Shown here: one piece after another, positions 10,234 to 20,311 of the stretch
How positions within the stretch are numbered: position 1 is the stretch's first letter
Layout: the number at the start of each line of letters is the position of its first letter
Source of the DNA: a virus
Lineage: Duplodnaviria > Heunggongvirae > Uroviricota > Caudoviricetes
DNA length: 64,000 nt
Strand: one strand, 5' to 3'
IMG/VR virus record: IMGVR_UViG_3300044846_005772
Translations under genes and position numbers: made by a program
Notes under the pieces: model-generated
Told to the model about the DNA's origin: nothing
What the model saw: the letters and a program-made list of their open reading frames with translations, nothing else
Databases searched by the model: none

Positions 10234-10872
10234 ATGAAGACAAAATTTGCAGATACTTTTTTTGATAGTTTCAAAAGAATGGTAAACCGACAAAAATGGT
10301 ATTGGAAAACTTGGGACTTGTTTAGATACGACATACCAAACTTTTTCCGCAATCTCTGGATATTCCGTAAGAACTTATGGAACCACACTTGGTATAATGG
10401 GGACGGTTCTATCCTGCCTTGGGTAAAAACGGCAGTTGACGATATGTCCTGGAGGATTGAAAAACACGGACACGAAGTTGATGAGAGTCGTATGAAGAAA
10501 GTTGCAAAGATGAAACGACTATCATATCTTATCGATGTTTGTGTTCACGACACATTCATTGAAGACGCTGAAAAGGAGTTGGGAATGAAGATGATTTTAC
10601 ATGATTGGGAATTCAAGGAGATTGATGATGAGACTATTAATAATCCACTCGGAGAAGAGAATGAAAAATTATATGAACTGGTCGATAAGGATACACCTGA
10701 AGAAAAAGAACATAATCATAAAATAATAACTAGAGCCCACGAACTTCAAAAAGAATATTGGGAAGAGTTATGTTACATCATCAAAGGACCTGATTATGAT
10801 GCAATCCGAGAATCAGGTGAAGATTTTTACAAGAAACTTGATGGAACTGACATTCGTGGTTGGTGGGACTAA
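10234..10872 (+). CDS. hypothetical protein (212 aa, Trp-rich)
   Basis: ORF. Confidence 0.5.
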   Translation: MKTKFADTFFDSFKRMVNRQKWYWKTWDLFRYDIPNFFRNLWIFRKNLWNHTWYNGDGSILPWVKTAVDDMSWRIEKHGHEVDESRMKKVAKMKRLSYLIDVCVHDTFIEDAEKELGMKMILHDWEFKEIDDETINNPLGEENEKLYELVDKDTPEEKEHNHKIITRAHELQKEYWEELCYIIKGPDYDAIRESGEDFYKKLDGTDIRGWWD

Positions 10873-10882
10873 ATAAAAACAA

Positions 10883-11467
10883 ATGAACTATACAAACAGC
10901 CGACTTATCTCAAACGATCCAACTAATTGGTATTGGTTTGAACATGGTTTTTCAAACGAAGAGATACAGCGAGTCATTGAATTTGCATCACATCTAGAAA
11001 AATCTTCTGGAAAATTGTTGAGCTCAGTTGATGCAATTGAATCATACCGAAAAAGTGAAATTTCCTGGATATTTAGAGATCATGTTACCAATTGGTTATA
11101 TGAAAAGATTATTGGCATGGCAAATGAAGCTAACGAAAATCAGTATGGATATATTATGCTTCCATCGTTTGAGTCAATTCAATATACTGAATATCATGAA
11201 GGTGGAGGCCACTACGATTTTCATATAGACGTTGGTCAAGGTGTTGCAGCTACTCGAAAATTAAGCATAACTGTCCAACTCTCAGATCCATCAGAATACG
11301 ATGGAGGAGATTTTGGAATATTGCGTGGAAGAAACGAGGAGATTTTGCCAAAAGGTAAAGGGACTGTTTTAGTATTTCCTTCATTCTTACTACATAGGGT
11401 TTCACCAGTAACTAGAGGGACGCGTAGGAGTTTAGTAATGTGGCTAGGTGGATGTAGCTATCGTTAA
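10883..11467 (+). CDS. 2OG-Fe(II) oxygenase superfamily protein
   Basis: HxD (FHIDVG), distal His (LLHRV) and RxS (RRSLVMW) arrangement. Confidence 0.65.
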   Translation: MNYTNSRLISNDPTNWYWFEHGFSNEEIQRVIEFASHLEKSSGKLLSSVDAIESYRKSEISWIFRDHVTNWLYEKIIGMANEANENQYGYIMLPSFESIQYTEYHEGGGHYDFHIDVGQGVAATRKLSITVQLSDPSEYDGGDFGILRGRNEEILPKGKGTVLVFPSFLLHRVSPVTRGTRRSLVMWLGGCSYR

Positions 11468-11841
11468 TCGTATAGAACTGAGAAAGCGCTAGTCGATCCA
11501 TCAATATTGATGTTCAACATAGCTCCAATTCTATGTGACTGTCCTAACTCAAATACTTGAGAAGAAGCTGTTATTCTTCTATTTGAACTTTCAGGAACAA
11601 ATGCAGTTATCTGATTATTTGCCTCTTCAGTAAACTGTTCAATATCGATCTGGTATTCAAACAATCTACCTTCGATATTCAATCCAAAATTAGGTTCTCC
11701 TAAAACGTCTCCCTTAGAAGTTAATAGAGTCATTTTAACTTGAGTAAGAATTGCTTCCAATGGATCATACACCTCGATCTGATCTGGTATGTATCTAGGA
11801 TCCTCTTCAGGACGCATATAGAAATCTCTAACGTTTGCCAT
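11464..11841 (-). CDS. hypothetical protein (125 aa)
   Basis: ORF, first gene of a tightly packed leftward block. Confidence 0.45.
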   Translation of the reverse strand: MANVRDFYMRPEEDPRYIPDQIEVYDPLEAILTQVKMTLLTSKGDVLGEPNFGLNIEGRLFEYQIDIEQFTEEANNQITAFVPESSNRRITASSQVFELGQSHRIGAMLNINIDGSTSAFSVLYD

Positions 11842-11846
11842 AGTAA

Positions 11847-12581
11847 TTATTGTCTAGTTAAGAACAACCAATCTGGAGTGTTCTCTTTAGCCATCATAGT
11901 AGTTACTTCAGTCATTTCAGCAGTAGCTGCCTGAGTAATTGTTTGATAGTTTAAAGTTATTTCTCCAGGAAGAGTATAGTTAAATGTTTGTAGCATTTGT
12001 GCAAGTCTAACCTTAGAATGCGCACGAACATATCTTTGGAAAAGTTCGTCCTTGTACAAATATTCTTTATCTAATTTTTTTAAAACTTTAATAACTGCAT
12101 CTACTTTTGGAGATCTACCGACAACTGTCAACTTCTTGCTGTTCTTATTAAAGTCATATGAGACTGTGTCCAAAACAAATGCTTTAGTTAGGTCAAGAAA
12201 AGAAAAGATTGTTGTACGATACATTATAGATTCGCCAATGAATGGAGTCAAGTAAACTTCTGATCCTATAAACTTTTGCTCTCCGAAATCTCGGTCAATT
12301 GTTCCTAATATTGAATTTCCTCGAGTTTCCTTAAACTCAATAACTGCTTGCACACAGTCCGGAAGAGTAATCTGACGATTTGCTTTAAAAGCAGGATCAC
12401 CAAAAAGAGCAGTAGGCAATAGTATGTACTGTGGTTCTACTGCGTGCCTCCAGTTATCATAAAAATATTTAGTATCATTTTCCAGAATCCTCTTTAATTC
12501 TTTGTCGGGCAAAGAATATGGAATCATTCCGGAAAAGGTGATCTCATTATTAATATCTTCTAATAGTTCTCTTTCAGTCAT
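11847..12581 (-). CDS. hypothetical protein (244 aa)
   Basis: ORF. Confidence 0.5.
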   Translation of the reverse strand: MTERELLEDINNEITFSGMIPYSLPDKELKRILENDTKYFYDNWRHAVEPQYILLPTALFGDPAFKANRQITLPDCVQAVIEFKETRGNSILGTIDRDFGEQKFIGSEVYLTPFIGESIMYRTTIFSFLDLTKAFVLDTVSYDFNKNSKKLTVVGRSPKVDAVIKVLKKLDKEYLYKDELFQRYVRAHSKVRLAQMLQTFNYTLPGEITLNYQTITQAATAEMTEVTTMMAKENTPDWLFLTRQ

Positions 12582-12586
12582 GTTAA

Positions 12587-13030
12587 TTATTGATTTGATC
12601 CTGGTCCAAATCCAGTTCGATCATCACTAAATCTAACGCTAGATTTATCGATGTCTACATTGAATTTTTCATCTCCTAAATTTCTTCCCATTGCTCTTTG
12701 ATTCTTCTTAGCTGATACTTTATCTTGTTTACCGGCACGTTCAGCAGCATTGTTCATCATTTGGCCGACTAACTGTTGCTTCATCTTCTTCTTCCAATCG
12801 CTATGAAATATTAAATTCATTGCTCTTGTAATATCTACTTCCTCTATTTTTCCGTTATGTCTATTTGGATTTCTAACTGCCTTCTCATTAGCTATTTGCT
12901 GAGCTATTGCAAGAACTGAAGTATAAATGCCAGCAATAGCCGATTGTGCCATTCCAGTATAGTTGGTGACATACACTTGATTCTTCTTTTCAAAGATAAA
13001 ATCATCAAATGAATCTAAATGATCTTTCAT
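12587..13030 (-). CDS. hypothetical protein with N-terminal F-x-x-F-I-x-E motif
   Basis: N-terminus MKDHLDSFDDFIFE. Confidence 0.5.
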   Translation of the reverse strand: MKDHLDSFDDFIFEKKNQVYVTNYTGMAQSAIAGIYTSVLAIAQQIANEKAVRNPNRHNGKIEEVDITRAMNLIFHSDWKKKMKQQLVGQMMNNAAERAGKQDKVSAKKNQRAMGRNLGDEKFNVDIDKSSVRFSDDRTGFGPGSNQ

Positions 13031-13299
13031 TATGCAGTCGGTTGTATGTTTTTAGCGGCCTCTGCTTCAGCTGCTGCTTTTTGATTCTGTGCATTTACGC
13101 TAGCTGCTAATGCGTCATTATATTGCCTTTGAGCTTCTTGATATGCTTTATCCGCTAATGTTAATGCATTTTGAGCATTGTTCTTGGTAGTCAAAGCAGT
13201 TTCCATCTTCTGTTTCAAGCCTGCAATATCCCCTTCTCCGGTCGCCTGTTCGCTAACTTTCAAATTTTTAAAAGTATCATAGTCATTTAAGTATGCCAT
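13030..13299 (-). CDS. hypothetical Ala/Gln-rich coiled-coil protein
   Basis: ORF; start and stop overlap neighbours. Confidence 0.45.
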   Translation of the reverse strand: MAYLNDYDTFKNLKVSEQATGEGDIAGLKQKMETALTTKNNAQNALTLADKAYQEAQRQYNDALAASVNAQNQKAAAEAEAAKNIQPTA

Positions 13300-13547
13300 T
13301 ACTTGTTTATTTTTTTTAAAGCATTCATAAATTCCTTATAGCTTAATGCTTTCTTTTTTTTAGTAGCCTTTGGATTTCTTCCAAATGCGCTAACTGCTGG
13401 CGAACCTGCCAAGAATGGTGAATTATTCCAATGAGATGGCGGTTGACCTGACCCTCTAGCGTACATTGTGACTTTATTTGGTCTATAGTCATCTGGCTGA
13501 GGCAAAGAGTAATACTCGACTAGATATTGAGAAAAGTTCTTAGTCAT
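13299..13547 (-). CDS. hypothetical protein with N-terminal NFSQYLVE motif
   Basis: ORF. Confidence 0.45.
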   Translation of the reverse strand: MTKNFSQYLVEYYSLPQPDDYRPNKVTMYARGSGQPPSHWNNSPFLAGSPAVSAFGRNPKATKKKKALSYKEFMNALKKINK

Positions 13548-13912
13548 TATGCTCCAAATGTCGGTACGTTATATTCTTGATTAGGTGAACCTTGAGTAAA
13601 TTCTCCAAATGTTGGAACTGGCTCAGATAAAGTAGGTTCAGCTTGAGAAGTTGGCTCCATTGTAGGTTCCATTGTAGGCTCCATCACAGGCTCAGCTTCT
13701 GGGCTAAATGCAGTCATCACTGCAGGTTGCGCACAAATATCTGAAACTAATGTCTTTAATGAATCTAATTTATCAGATAAACTTGCGTCGTTTGCACAAC
13801 ATGCTTCGAGCTTTGTCATAAATTCAGAAAGTCCACAATTTGCAATTTCTTGAGAAAGTTCTGGCATTTCTACTGATTCATACATGCGATTCAATTTCTT
13901 ATAATTCTTCAT
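13547..13912 (-). CDS. hypothetical protein with EPTM tandem peptide repeats
   Basis: EPVMEPTMEPTMEPT repeat. Confidence 0.45.
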   Translation of the reverse strand: MKNYKKLNRMYESVEMPELSQEIANCGLSEFMTKLEACCANDASLSDKLDSLKTLVSDICAQPAVMTAFSPEAEPVMEPTMEPTMEPTSQAEPTLSEPVPTFGEFTQGSPNQEYNVPTFGA

Positions 13913-14149
13913 CTTTTACAGATCTTTTTTATTATTTATTCGAGATCGAAATCCAATTATCTAAGTATAAGATAACATGACAAAAGAACAAGAGTTATTA
14001 AAAAAAGAACTTAAGAAGGAGATACTTCAAAAGCTAGAAGCCATACAGAACTCAATAATTTCTGAAAAAGGAATAGACTCTCCTGAGTATTTTCAAATGT
14101 TAATAATGGTAGCCGACGATTTAGGTGATGTACTTCTTAATTGGGAAGA

Positions 14150-14758
14150 TTAAAATCCGTCTTGACTTCTCAAGTAAGCCGTCCTCAACGACATGTACGC
14201 ATCTTCCAAATTAGCTAAAACATACGGATGTTGTTTGTTATTCTTTCCTCGTTTAGAGACTAAGCCTTTCATAATCTCTGCCATTGTCATAATAGAATCA
14301 AGCTTTCGAGTAGGGCTTTCCATATGTTTTCTAAAAACTTCAGGGTCTTCGAAATCTTCTTCTGGTTCTTCCTCAAATCTACGATCTTTTGGAAACTCCA
14401 TTTCCATTTGATTTGGATTAGATCCGTATTCATATCTTTGGGCGCCTTCTGTATCTTGAGCTACACTAGCAGCTTGTTGAAAATCAAGATAGCTTTCATC
14501 CATTTTATTAATACGCATACGGATTTTAGCAATTTCGTCTTCAATTCTGTTTAATTCATCACCATATCTATTAGCATCGTCATCTGTCCAGTTTTCACCA
14601 GCCATTCCAGCTTCAGCTTCCATCTCAGCAAATACTTCTCTCATCTCATCTTTTAGATCAAGAATTCTTTCCTCAAGTTCTTGTCTTTTTGAAGTATGCT
14701 TTCTATTCTCATCTAATTTTGATGAAAAAGAATTAAAAGTATGTATGTGATTTTTCAT
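14150..14758 (-). CDS. hypothetical acidic coiled-coil protein, N-terminal FNSFSSKLDE motif
   Basis: ORF. Confidence 0.5.
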   Translation of the reverse strand: MKNHIHTFNSFSSKLDENRKHTSKRQELEERILDLKDEMREVFAEMEAEAGMAGENWTDDDANRYGDELNRIEDEIAKIRMRINKMDESYLDFQQAASVAQDTEGAQRYEYGSNPNQMEMEFPKDRRFEEEPEEDFEDPEVFRKHMESPTRKLDSIMTMAEIMKGLVSKRGKNNKQHPYVLANLEDAYMSLRTAYLRSQDGF

Positions 14759-14763
14759 ATCTC

Positions 14764-15384
14764 TTATTTTTTTAGGTGATTCATCAATACTCCACCCAAT
14801 GTTGCTGCACTAAATTTTAGTTCCTGAATAGTTGCATGTTCAAGTTCTTTCTTACGACCAGTATATTCAATTCCTAAAACCCCAATTATTCTACCTTCTG
14901 GGTTTTTTATAGCAAAGAGGTAAGAACTTCTAGTTCCATTTTCTTCAGCAATATATTTCAAGCCATATGTTGCAGTTTCCTCATCTCGATAGTCTGGAAT
15001 TATTACTTCTCCTGTTTTTACTATTTGCGATAGAGATTTACTAAAAAGATTAACTGGTATATTTTGGTATTGCAATCTAACTGAATCTTTTGCATGTCTA
15101 ACTACTTCAAAGAACATGCTAAATTTTTGTATTGATTTTCCAGTAGGATAATAGTGTCCTCCGTTATGAAATTGAAGTATCCATGCACGATCGACGCTCT
15201 TATCTGCAAGTATTCCATCTAACATTGAATTTACAACATCTGAATGCTCAACAGCTTCAGTTAACAAGTCTACTTTCTTATTATTCTTTTCCAAGTAAGA
15301 CTTTACAAATAGAATGAGAACTGGTCCTAAAACACCAGTAATAAAAGCAATACCAATCTCCATCATTTCCTTAGTTATCTGCAT
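14764..15384 (-). CDS. membrane-anchored hypothetical protein (206 aa)
   Basis: Single N-terminal hydrophobic helix. Confidence 0.5.
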   Translation of the reverse strand: MQITKEMMEIGIAFITGVLGPVLILFVKSYLEKNNKKVDLLTEAVEHSDVVNSMLDGILADKSVDRAWILQFHNGGHYYPTGKSIQKFSMFFEVVRHAKDSVRLQYQNIPVNLFSKSLSQIVKTGEVIIPDYRDEETATYGLKYIAEENGTRSSYLFAIKNPEGRIIGVLGIEYTGRKKELEHATIQELKFSAATLGGVLMNHLKK

Positions 15385-15394
15385 TATTTAAGGA

Positions 15395-15943
15395 TTACAT
15401 GTTGCAGCCACACTGCATGCCAAATTCTTGAGAATACCATGGATCCTCTTCAGGAACTTCTGCATCCATTGCTTTTTGAGTTCCGCAACTTGAACAAATT
15501 ACAATCGGACCAGCGTCCGCATATTCTTTATCAAGTAGTATAGAATCATCCATACAATCGTCGCAATCATCATACCTCTCCAGCAACCATTCTAAAGACT
15601 CATTTGTTTTTTTCTTAGGATTTGCTCCCATTTCTGGTTCAGGTGTCTCATCTTCTTCAGAAGACTCAGAAGATTCTGGTTTCTCTAGTTTAGTTGAATC
15701 AGCAGCTGATGAATTGAATTTAGGGGCTCCGTTTTCTCCAGGTTGAGGAGGAGTAGGCTCATCGCTAGTTGAGATAGGGCGATTTGGTTTTGGTTCAGGC
15801 GAACCATATGTTTCCTTATCGAAACCTTCTTTGAAATTATCTGCACTATGCGAGAATGTATCAAAGCTTGCAGCGGTATTTTGTTCAGAATCCTTCGAAA
15901 ATTTCGATGAGAATTCAGCAAAGTTTAAAACTCTTCCTGCCAT
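15395..15943 (-). CDS. Pro-rich protein with C-terminal Cys-rich zinc-finger-like domain; N-terminal NFAEFSSKF motif
   Basis: CDDCMDD...CSSCG...CGC cluster. Confidence 0.5.
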   Translation of the reverse strand: MAGRVLNFAEFSSKFSKDSEQNTAASFDTFSHSADNFKEGFDKETYGSPEPKPNRPISTSDEPTPPQPGENGAPKFNSSAADSTKLEKPESSESSEEDETPEPEMGANPKKKTNESLEWLLERYDDCDDCMDDSILLDKEYADAGPIVICSSCGTQKAMDAEVPEEDPWYSQEFGMQCGCNM

Positions 15944-15956
15944 GTTATTTGTTATT

Positions 15957-16418
15957 TTATAAGTGATTTATTATGTTTATGAACGTGTCCATTAATTCAG
16001 GATCCATAATATCACCTGAATCTAGAGAATTAAAGTAAGCTATCAATTCCTTGTTAGTTAGAATCCAACGTCCCTGATCAGTCTTAGTGCAATAGTTCGT
16101 TAGTATACCTCCTCGGTATTCGCCTCCGTACCATCCATATTTAGCTTGCGTTAAGTTAGTAGCCCAATGGCCTCGATCGAATTTATGTTGATATTTCCCT
16201 CCCTTAACGTCTTCCACTATAAACTTTACAATATCTGTATATCTTATCCCTTCATACCCAGATTGATAAATTTTATGAAGTACTCTAAAAGTAATAGTTG
16301 GAACATCAGTAGAATCTTTAGGAACTCTAATCCTTTGTCTTGACCCTTCCTTAGGCTGTGTAGGAATGTATTTACTACTTTCCTTCAAAAATGAATTAAA
16401 ACTCGCAAAAGCAGACAT
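15957..16418 (-). CDS. hypothetical protein, N-terminal FNSFLKE motif
   Basis: ORF. Confidence 0.5.
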   Translation of the reverse strand: MSAFASFNSFLKESSKYIPTQPKEGSRQRIRVPKDSTDVPTITFRVLHKIYQSGYEGIRYTDIVKFIVEDVKGGKYQHKFDRGHWATNLTQAKYGWYGGEYRGGILTNYCTKTDQGRWILTNKELIAYFNSLDSGDIMDPELMDTFINIINHL

Positions 16419-16493
16419 AGTCGTTCTTTCTTTTTATTTATTTTAAGAGAGCTCTTAAAAATTGTATATTAGTAAAAACAAATAGAATAAAAT

Positions 16494-16814
16494 ATGACGA
16501 GCGAAACAGTGACCGTAGAGTTGCCAAAGAGACTTGCATGGTTCGATTCAAATGGAGAACCGGGCTGGGTATCAAACATTCACAGATTGACTGAGGAGGA
16601 AGCCTCACAGATGGCAGATCTTTATGATTTTACTGAGGATGAAAGTTGTGAAACCTCATGGATCAACCGAGTTAATCGTGAATTACCTAAGGAGAACATA
16701 AGTAAAGTTATCCATGATTCGTTGATTGAGATGAGAAACGATCCTTCACTTTCACCAGCAATGGCGTACACCATTTCATTTCAGAAAAACTTCCCAAATG
16801 CAGATGGAATCTAA
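16494..16814 (+). CDS. hypothetical protein (106 aa)
   Basis: ORF. Confidence 0.45.
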   Translation: MTSETVTVELPKRLAWFDSNGEPGWVSNIHRLTEEEASQMADLYDFTEDESCETSWINRVNRELPKENISKVIHDSLIEMRNDPSLSPAMAYTISFQKNFPNADGI

Positions 16815-17100
16815 TACACCACGAGTAGTTCACTTTAAAAAAGAACCATGTGATGTGTATATAGGACGTCCTTCTAAATGGGGAAATCCTTTCACTCATA
16901 TCGATGACCGTAGGACTGCCGCAAAATACATTGTGAGCAATAGGGATGAAGCTGTTGCAAAGTACGAGGAATATATCTTAAAAGGAGAAGGTCAGCATTT
17001 ATTAGCTGACCTTCACGAGTTAAGAGGAAAAACATTAGGTTGTTGGTGTCATCCTAAGTCATGTCATGGAGACGTTTTGCTAAAACTAGCAAACTCTTAG
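16798..17100 (+). CDS. DUF4326-like protein
   Basis: YIGRPSKWGNPF ... GKTLGCWCHPKSCHGDVL pattern recalled for DUF4326; from memory only. Confidence 0.45.
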   Translation: MQMESNTPRVVHFKKEPCDVYIGRPSKWGNPFTHIDDRRTAAKYIVSNRDEAVAKYEEYILKGEGQHLLADLHELRGKTLGCWCHPKSCHGDVLLKLANS

Positions 17101-17258
17101 TGATTAACCTTGACCTGCGTAAGGTTTCTTGTACAACTTAGCATTCTTATTGCTTGACTGTTTAGTCTTAGCATGAATCCCAGGTCTCTTCTTCTTGGGT
17201 TTACTCTTGAATGCACTAGTTGTTTGTGTTTTAGTTTTGGCCATCTCTCTTATGCGGG

Positions 17259-17513
17259 TTATTTGTTAAACTTTCTAGACTTTTTAAAGGCTTTTTTCTT
17301 ATCCATTCCACCTGCTTTGTATTGAGCCATTTTAGCATCAGCGAAATCTGAATCTCCATCTCCATCCTGGTCAATTTTCTTAGTTGCTTTTTTAGCAGGT
17401 TTCTTTTTTGGCATCTTTACTTGAGTTTCTTCATCGGCGAAAAATTCATCCAAGTAATTCTTTTTGTTCTTTTTAGCTTCATTAACGAAACTATTGAAAT
17501 TGTGCAATTTCAT
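17259..17513 (-). CDS. small Lys-rich basic protein, N-terminal MKLHNFNSFVNE motif
   Basis: KKPAKKATKK stretch; candidate DNA-associated internal protein. Confidence 0.45.
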   Translation of the reverse strand: MKLHNFNSFVNEAKKNKKNYLDEFFADEETQVKMPKKKPAKKATKKIDQDGDGDSDFADAKMAQYKAGGMDKKKAFKKSRKFNK

Positions 17514-17523
17514 CTTCTACTTA

Positions 17524-17787
17524 TTATTTTTTCAAGTCATGTGACCAACTTTCATACGTATGAATTCGACCATTAATTCCATGGTGAGTTAGTGTATTTT
17601 GAGTGTATGAAAGCATAAATTCAGTAACTTCCTGCAAGTCATCTTTGCTTGTTGCAATATGGTCTTCTGCCCATGCATGCTCTTGTAAAATAGCGTCTAA
17701 TTGGTTCGGGTTGATTCGTCTTAGCTCTTCAATGTGTCTAGCCATCGAATCAAGGTTTGACAAGAACATTTGTGTAGATTCGGTCAT
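17524..17787 (-). CDS. hypothetical protein (87 aa)
   Basis: ORF. Confidence 0.45.
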   Translation of the reverse strand: MTESTQMFLSNLDSMARHIEELRRINPNQLDAILQEHAWAEDHIATSKDDLQEVTEFMLSYTQNTLTHHGINGRIHTYESWSHDLKK

Positions 17788-18707
17788 TATTTTTTAGTAG
17801 TTTTTTTAATAGCTTCCTCAACTGCTTTATGGATCTCAACCAATACATTCTTAATCTTTGCGATCTGCTCAGATTTTGATTCATTAACTCCACTGGCATT
17901 CATTAAATTCTTAGCTAAAGTTAATCTCTTATGCAAAGTAGAATCCTTTTTTCCAAGTTGAAGACCTTTTTTCTTAGGGTCTTTGTCCTTTTTCTTTAAT
18001 TTTTTCTCAGCCTTTTCAATATCTGCAAACGTAAGATCGTCATCTCCTAATTGTTTTTTAAGAGCGCCTTTCTTCATATCAATATCTTTAATCCATTGCT
18101 TATTTTTCTTAGCTTCTTGAACCGCCATGAAAGCATCAAATGTTGCTATCTTGCCTTCTGTTGCTATTCCCGGTAAAAGTTCAGCATCTGTTGGAATTTC
18201 ACTAGGTTCATTCATCATTGGCTCAGAAGGTTGAGCTTGCATTTCAGGCTGAGCAGTTGTTTGAATTCCCTGTTGAGCAACATTAATTTTAACAGGAGTC
18301 AATTGTCCGTTTACGTCAGCTACTGCTGCTTTTGAAGGATCATCTGGCGCTCTTAAGATTAAGTCGATCAATTGTTTTCCAGAAGCTAATTCATCAATTT
18401 GAGCGGAGGTTAAAGGAAGAATATATGAATCACTAACTGCCTCCGCATTCATTGAAACAGTAGGAACATCCTCATCAAAGTATACTTTGATTGTTTTTGA
18501 TTGTTTCTTAGCGTCTGACTGATTAGGATCTATTGCATACACTACTAATGAATCATCGACACTTTGGAATTCATTCTTTAAGTTAGCAATATTTTGAGCA
18601 GATATTTGTAAGTTCAAGTTTACTCCATTTTGTAATGCAAGATCTTGTGCAGTTTGTTGAATTGCTGCATCTTCGTATATCTTATTAAAATTTAGGTATT
18701 TGTACAT
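17787..18707 (-). CDS. hypothetical protein (306 aa), Lys-rich C-terminus
   Basis: ORF. Confidence 0.5.
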   Translation of the reverse strand: MYKYLNFNKIYEDAAIQQTAQDLALQNGVNLNLQISAQNIANLKNEFQSVDDSLVVYAIDPNQSDAKKQSKTIKVYFDEDVPTVSMNAEAVSDSYILPLTSAQIDELASGKQLIDLILRAPDDPSKAAVADVNGQLTPVKINVAQQGIQTTAQPEMQAQPSEPMMNEPSEIPTDAELLPGIATEGKIATFDAFMAVQEAKKNKQWIKDIDMKKGALKKQLGDDDLTFADIEKAEKKLKKKDKDPKKKGLQLGKKDSTLHKRLTLAKNLMNASGVNESKSEQIAKIKNVLVEIHKAVEEAIKKTTKK

Positions 18708-18726
18708 CCTATTTTCTTTTTTTTAT

Positions 18727-19461
18727 TTATTCTTCGTAGATTAATCGATACGCATCCTGCTGAGCGTTTATGATCTTCTCTATTGAACCGTCTCGTCGTA
18801 ATTCCTTGAAAGCTAGATTCTCTATTGAAAATTCTCCATCTTTCGCAAGACCTTCCTTGCGATCGTTTTGTATCTTTTTTCTAAATCTACCAATATAGTC
18901 ATATAATTCTTGAGCTTCTTCTGAATCTGCCTTCTTGAGGCGATCCATGATCTCAGACATCTCTGATTTAATTACTCTCACCTTTTCAGTAACGTCCCTC
19001 TCGTCGACCTTAGGTTCTTTCCAGGTAGGCGTAATTATCCACTGATTCTTAAGTATTGAAAATAGACCCGACGCTACGTGTTGTTCGTCTTTATGTTGAA
19101 CATAACATTCAACATCATGTCCTCTTAATTGAAGAGCATGGCGTTGGTTCCAGATAAACCTCTGACCGTCCAATGCTTTTCTAACAAGATCCTGATCTTG
19201 ATTGATTTGTCCAAAATCAATTATAAGGTGCACATCTAAGTCAGATGCATTCGTCCAATTGTAATTTGCTAGGGAACCGGTCAATTGAATATCATATAAT
19301 TCAATATCTAGCTTTAATGATTCCCAAAAATCATTTGCAATTGCAAGCAACTTTTCTCTAAGTGCTTCATCCATTTGCATGTTATTCCATACCTTTGGAC
19401 AGAGTTCACGGTGATATTCTACTTTCTCTGAGATGAATTTTGAAAAGCTATGTAATTTCAT
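18727..19461 (-). CDS. minimal nucleotidyltransferase-fold protein (pol-beta/CD-NTase-like signature), N-terminal MKLHSFSKFISE motif
   Basis: GS-x10-SDLDVHLIID fits the [GS]x9-13Dx[DE] signature. Confidence 0.45.
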   Translation of the reverse strand: MKLHSFSKFISEKVEYHRELCPKVWNNMQMDEALREKLLAIANDFWESLKLDIELYDIQLTGSLANYNWTNASDLDVHLIIDFGQINQDQDLVRKALDGQRFIWNQRHALQLRGHDVECYVQHKDEQHVASGLFSILKNQWIITPTWKEPKVDERDVTEKVRVIKSEMSEIMDRLKKADSEEAQELYDYIGRFRKKIQNDRKEGLAKDGEFSIENLAFKELRRDGSIEKIINAQQDAYRLIYEE

Positions 19462-19488
19462 GATATTATTTATTTAAGATCAGCAGTA

Positions 19489-20262
19489 TTATGCGAATCC
19501 TACTAAATTTGCTATCTTTTTGCCACCTTGTGCAACTAAGCTATTTCCACTATTTACTCTTGCATCTAACACAACTTGAACAAGCTGGTCAGTTACCTTT
19601 ATTCCAGATTTAACTGCATCATTTAGTTTATTAGCAAATTTCTGGAACCATCCACTTCCGTTCCACGTAGCATATATGAAATTAAATAGAAGACGGCCGT
19701 CTGAATTTACTAGAGCTAATGCTTCTGGTGAAAGATATTTTTGAGCAAGCCTTTCATATTCGGGCTTAATTATTTGCGCAGCTAATTCCAATAGTCTGGG
19801 TTGAATTGCAGAAGGTCCCTTTTCTCCCCATTTCCAAGTAGATCTAGCGTTTTGAGAATCAATAGTTTCCCAGAATTCTTTAGCTGCTGGCGTCTTGTAT
19901 TCATAGCTATCTAAATACTGCAGATCATCGATTGGATCTTTACCCTTTCTAGGAGTAGAGTAATATAGACCATGTCCTGCAAATCTATCTAATCCATACA
20001 TAGTTTCACCGCTTCCGGAATAACGAGTATCTTTTACACGACCGTCCTTCAACATATCTGGATGGTAATAACCTCCTTCAAGCTTTGCTATAACAAGCTT
20101 AGTTATTTCTATGAAGTCAGTTAAATCTTTTGAAACAGCTGCAGTAGATAAGCTTGGGCTCCATTGATTTATTGCATTAAATGAAGGAGTTCCAGACTTC
20201 ATTTCTAAAGTATTATCCGGAACTAGTGTATTCAAGTATTTTACTATTTTCTCAAGAACCAA
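19489..20262 (-). CDS. peptidoglycan hydrolase, GH108-like lysozyme
   Basis: LEGGYYHPDM and GSGETMYGLD resemble the GH108 EGGY motif. Confidence 0.5.
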   Translation of the reverse strand: MVLEKIVKYLNTLVPDNTLEMKSGTPSFNAINQWSPSLSTAAVSKDLTDFIEITKLVIAKLEGGYYHPDMLKDGRVKDTRYSGSGETMYGLDRFAGHGLYYSTPRKGKDPIDDLQYLDSYEYKTPAAKEFWETIDSQNARSTWKWGEKGPSAIQPRLLELAAQIIKPEYERLAQKYLSPEALALVNSDGRLLFNFIYATWNGSGWFQKFANKLNDAVKSGIKVTDQLVQVVLDARVNSGNSLVAQGGKKIANLVGFA

Positions 20263-20311
20263 TGGATCTAATCCAAATTCTGCTGCGATCTTATTAGAAT
20301 CTAATCCTACT

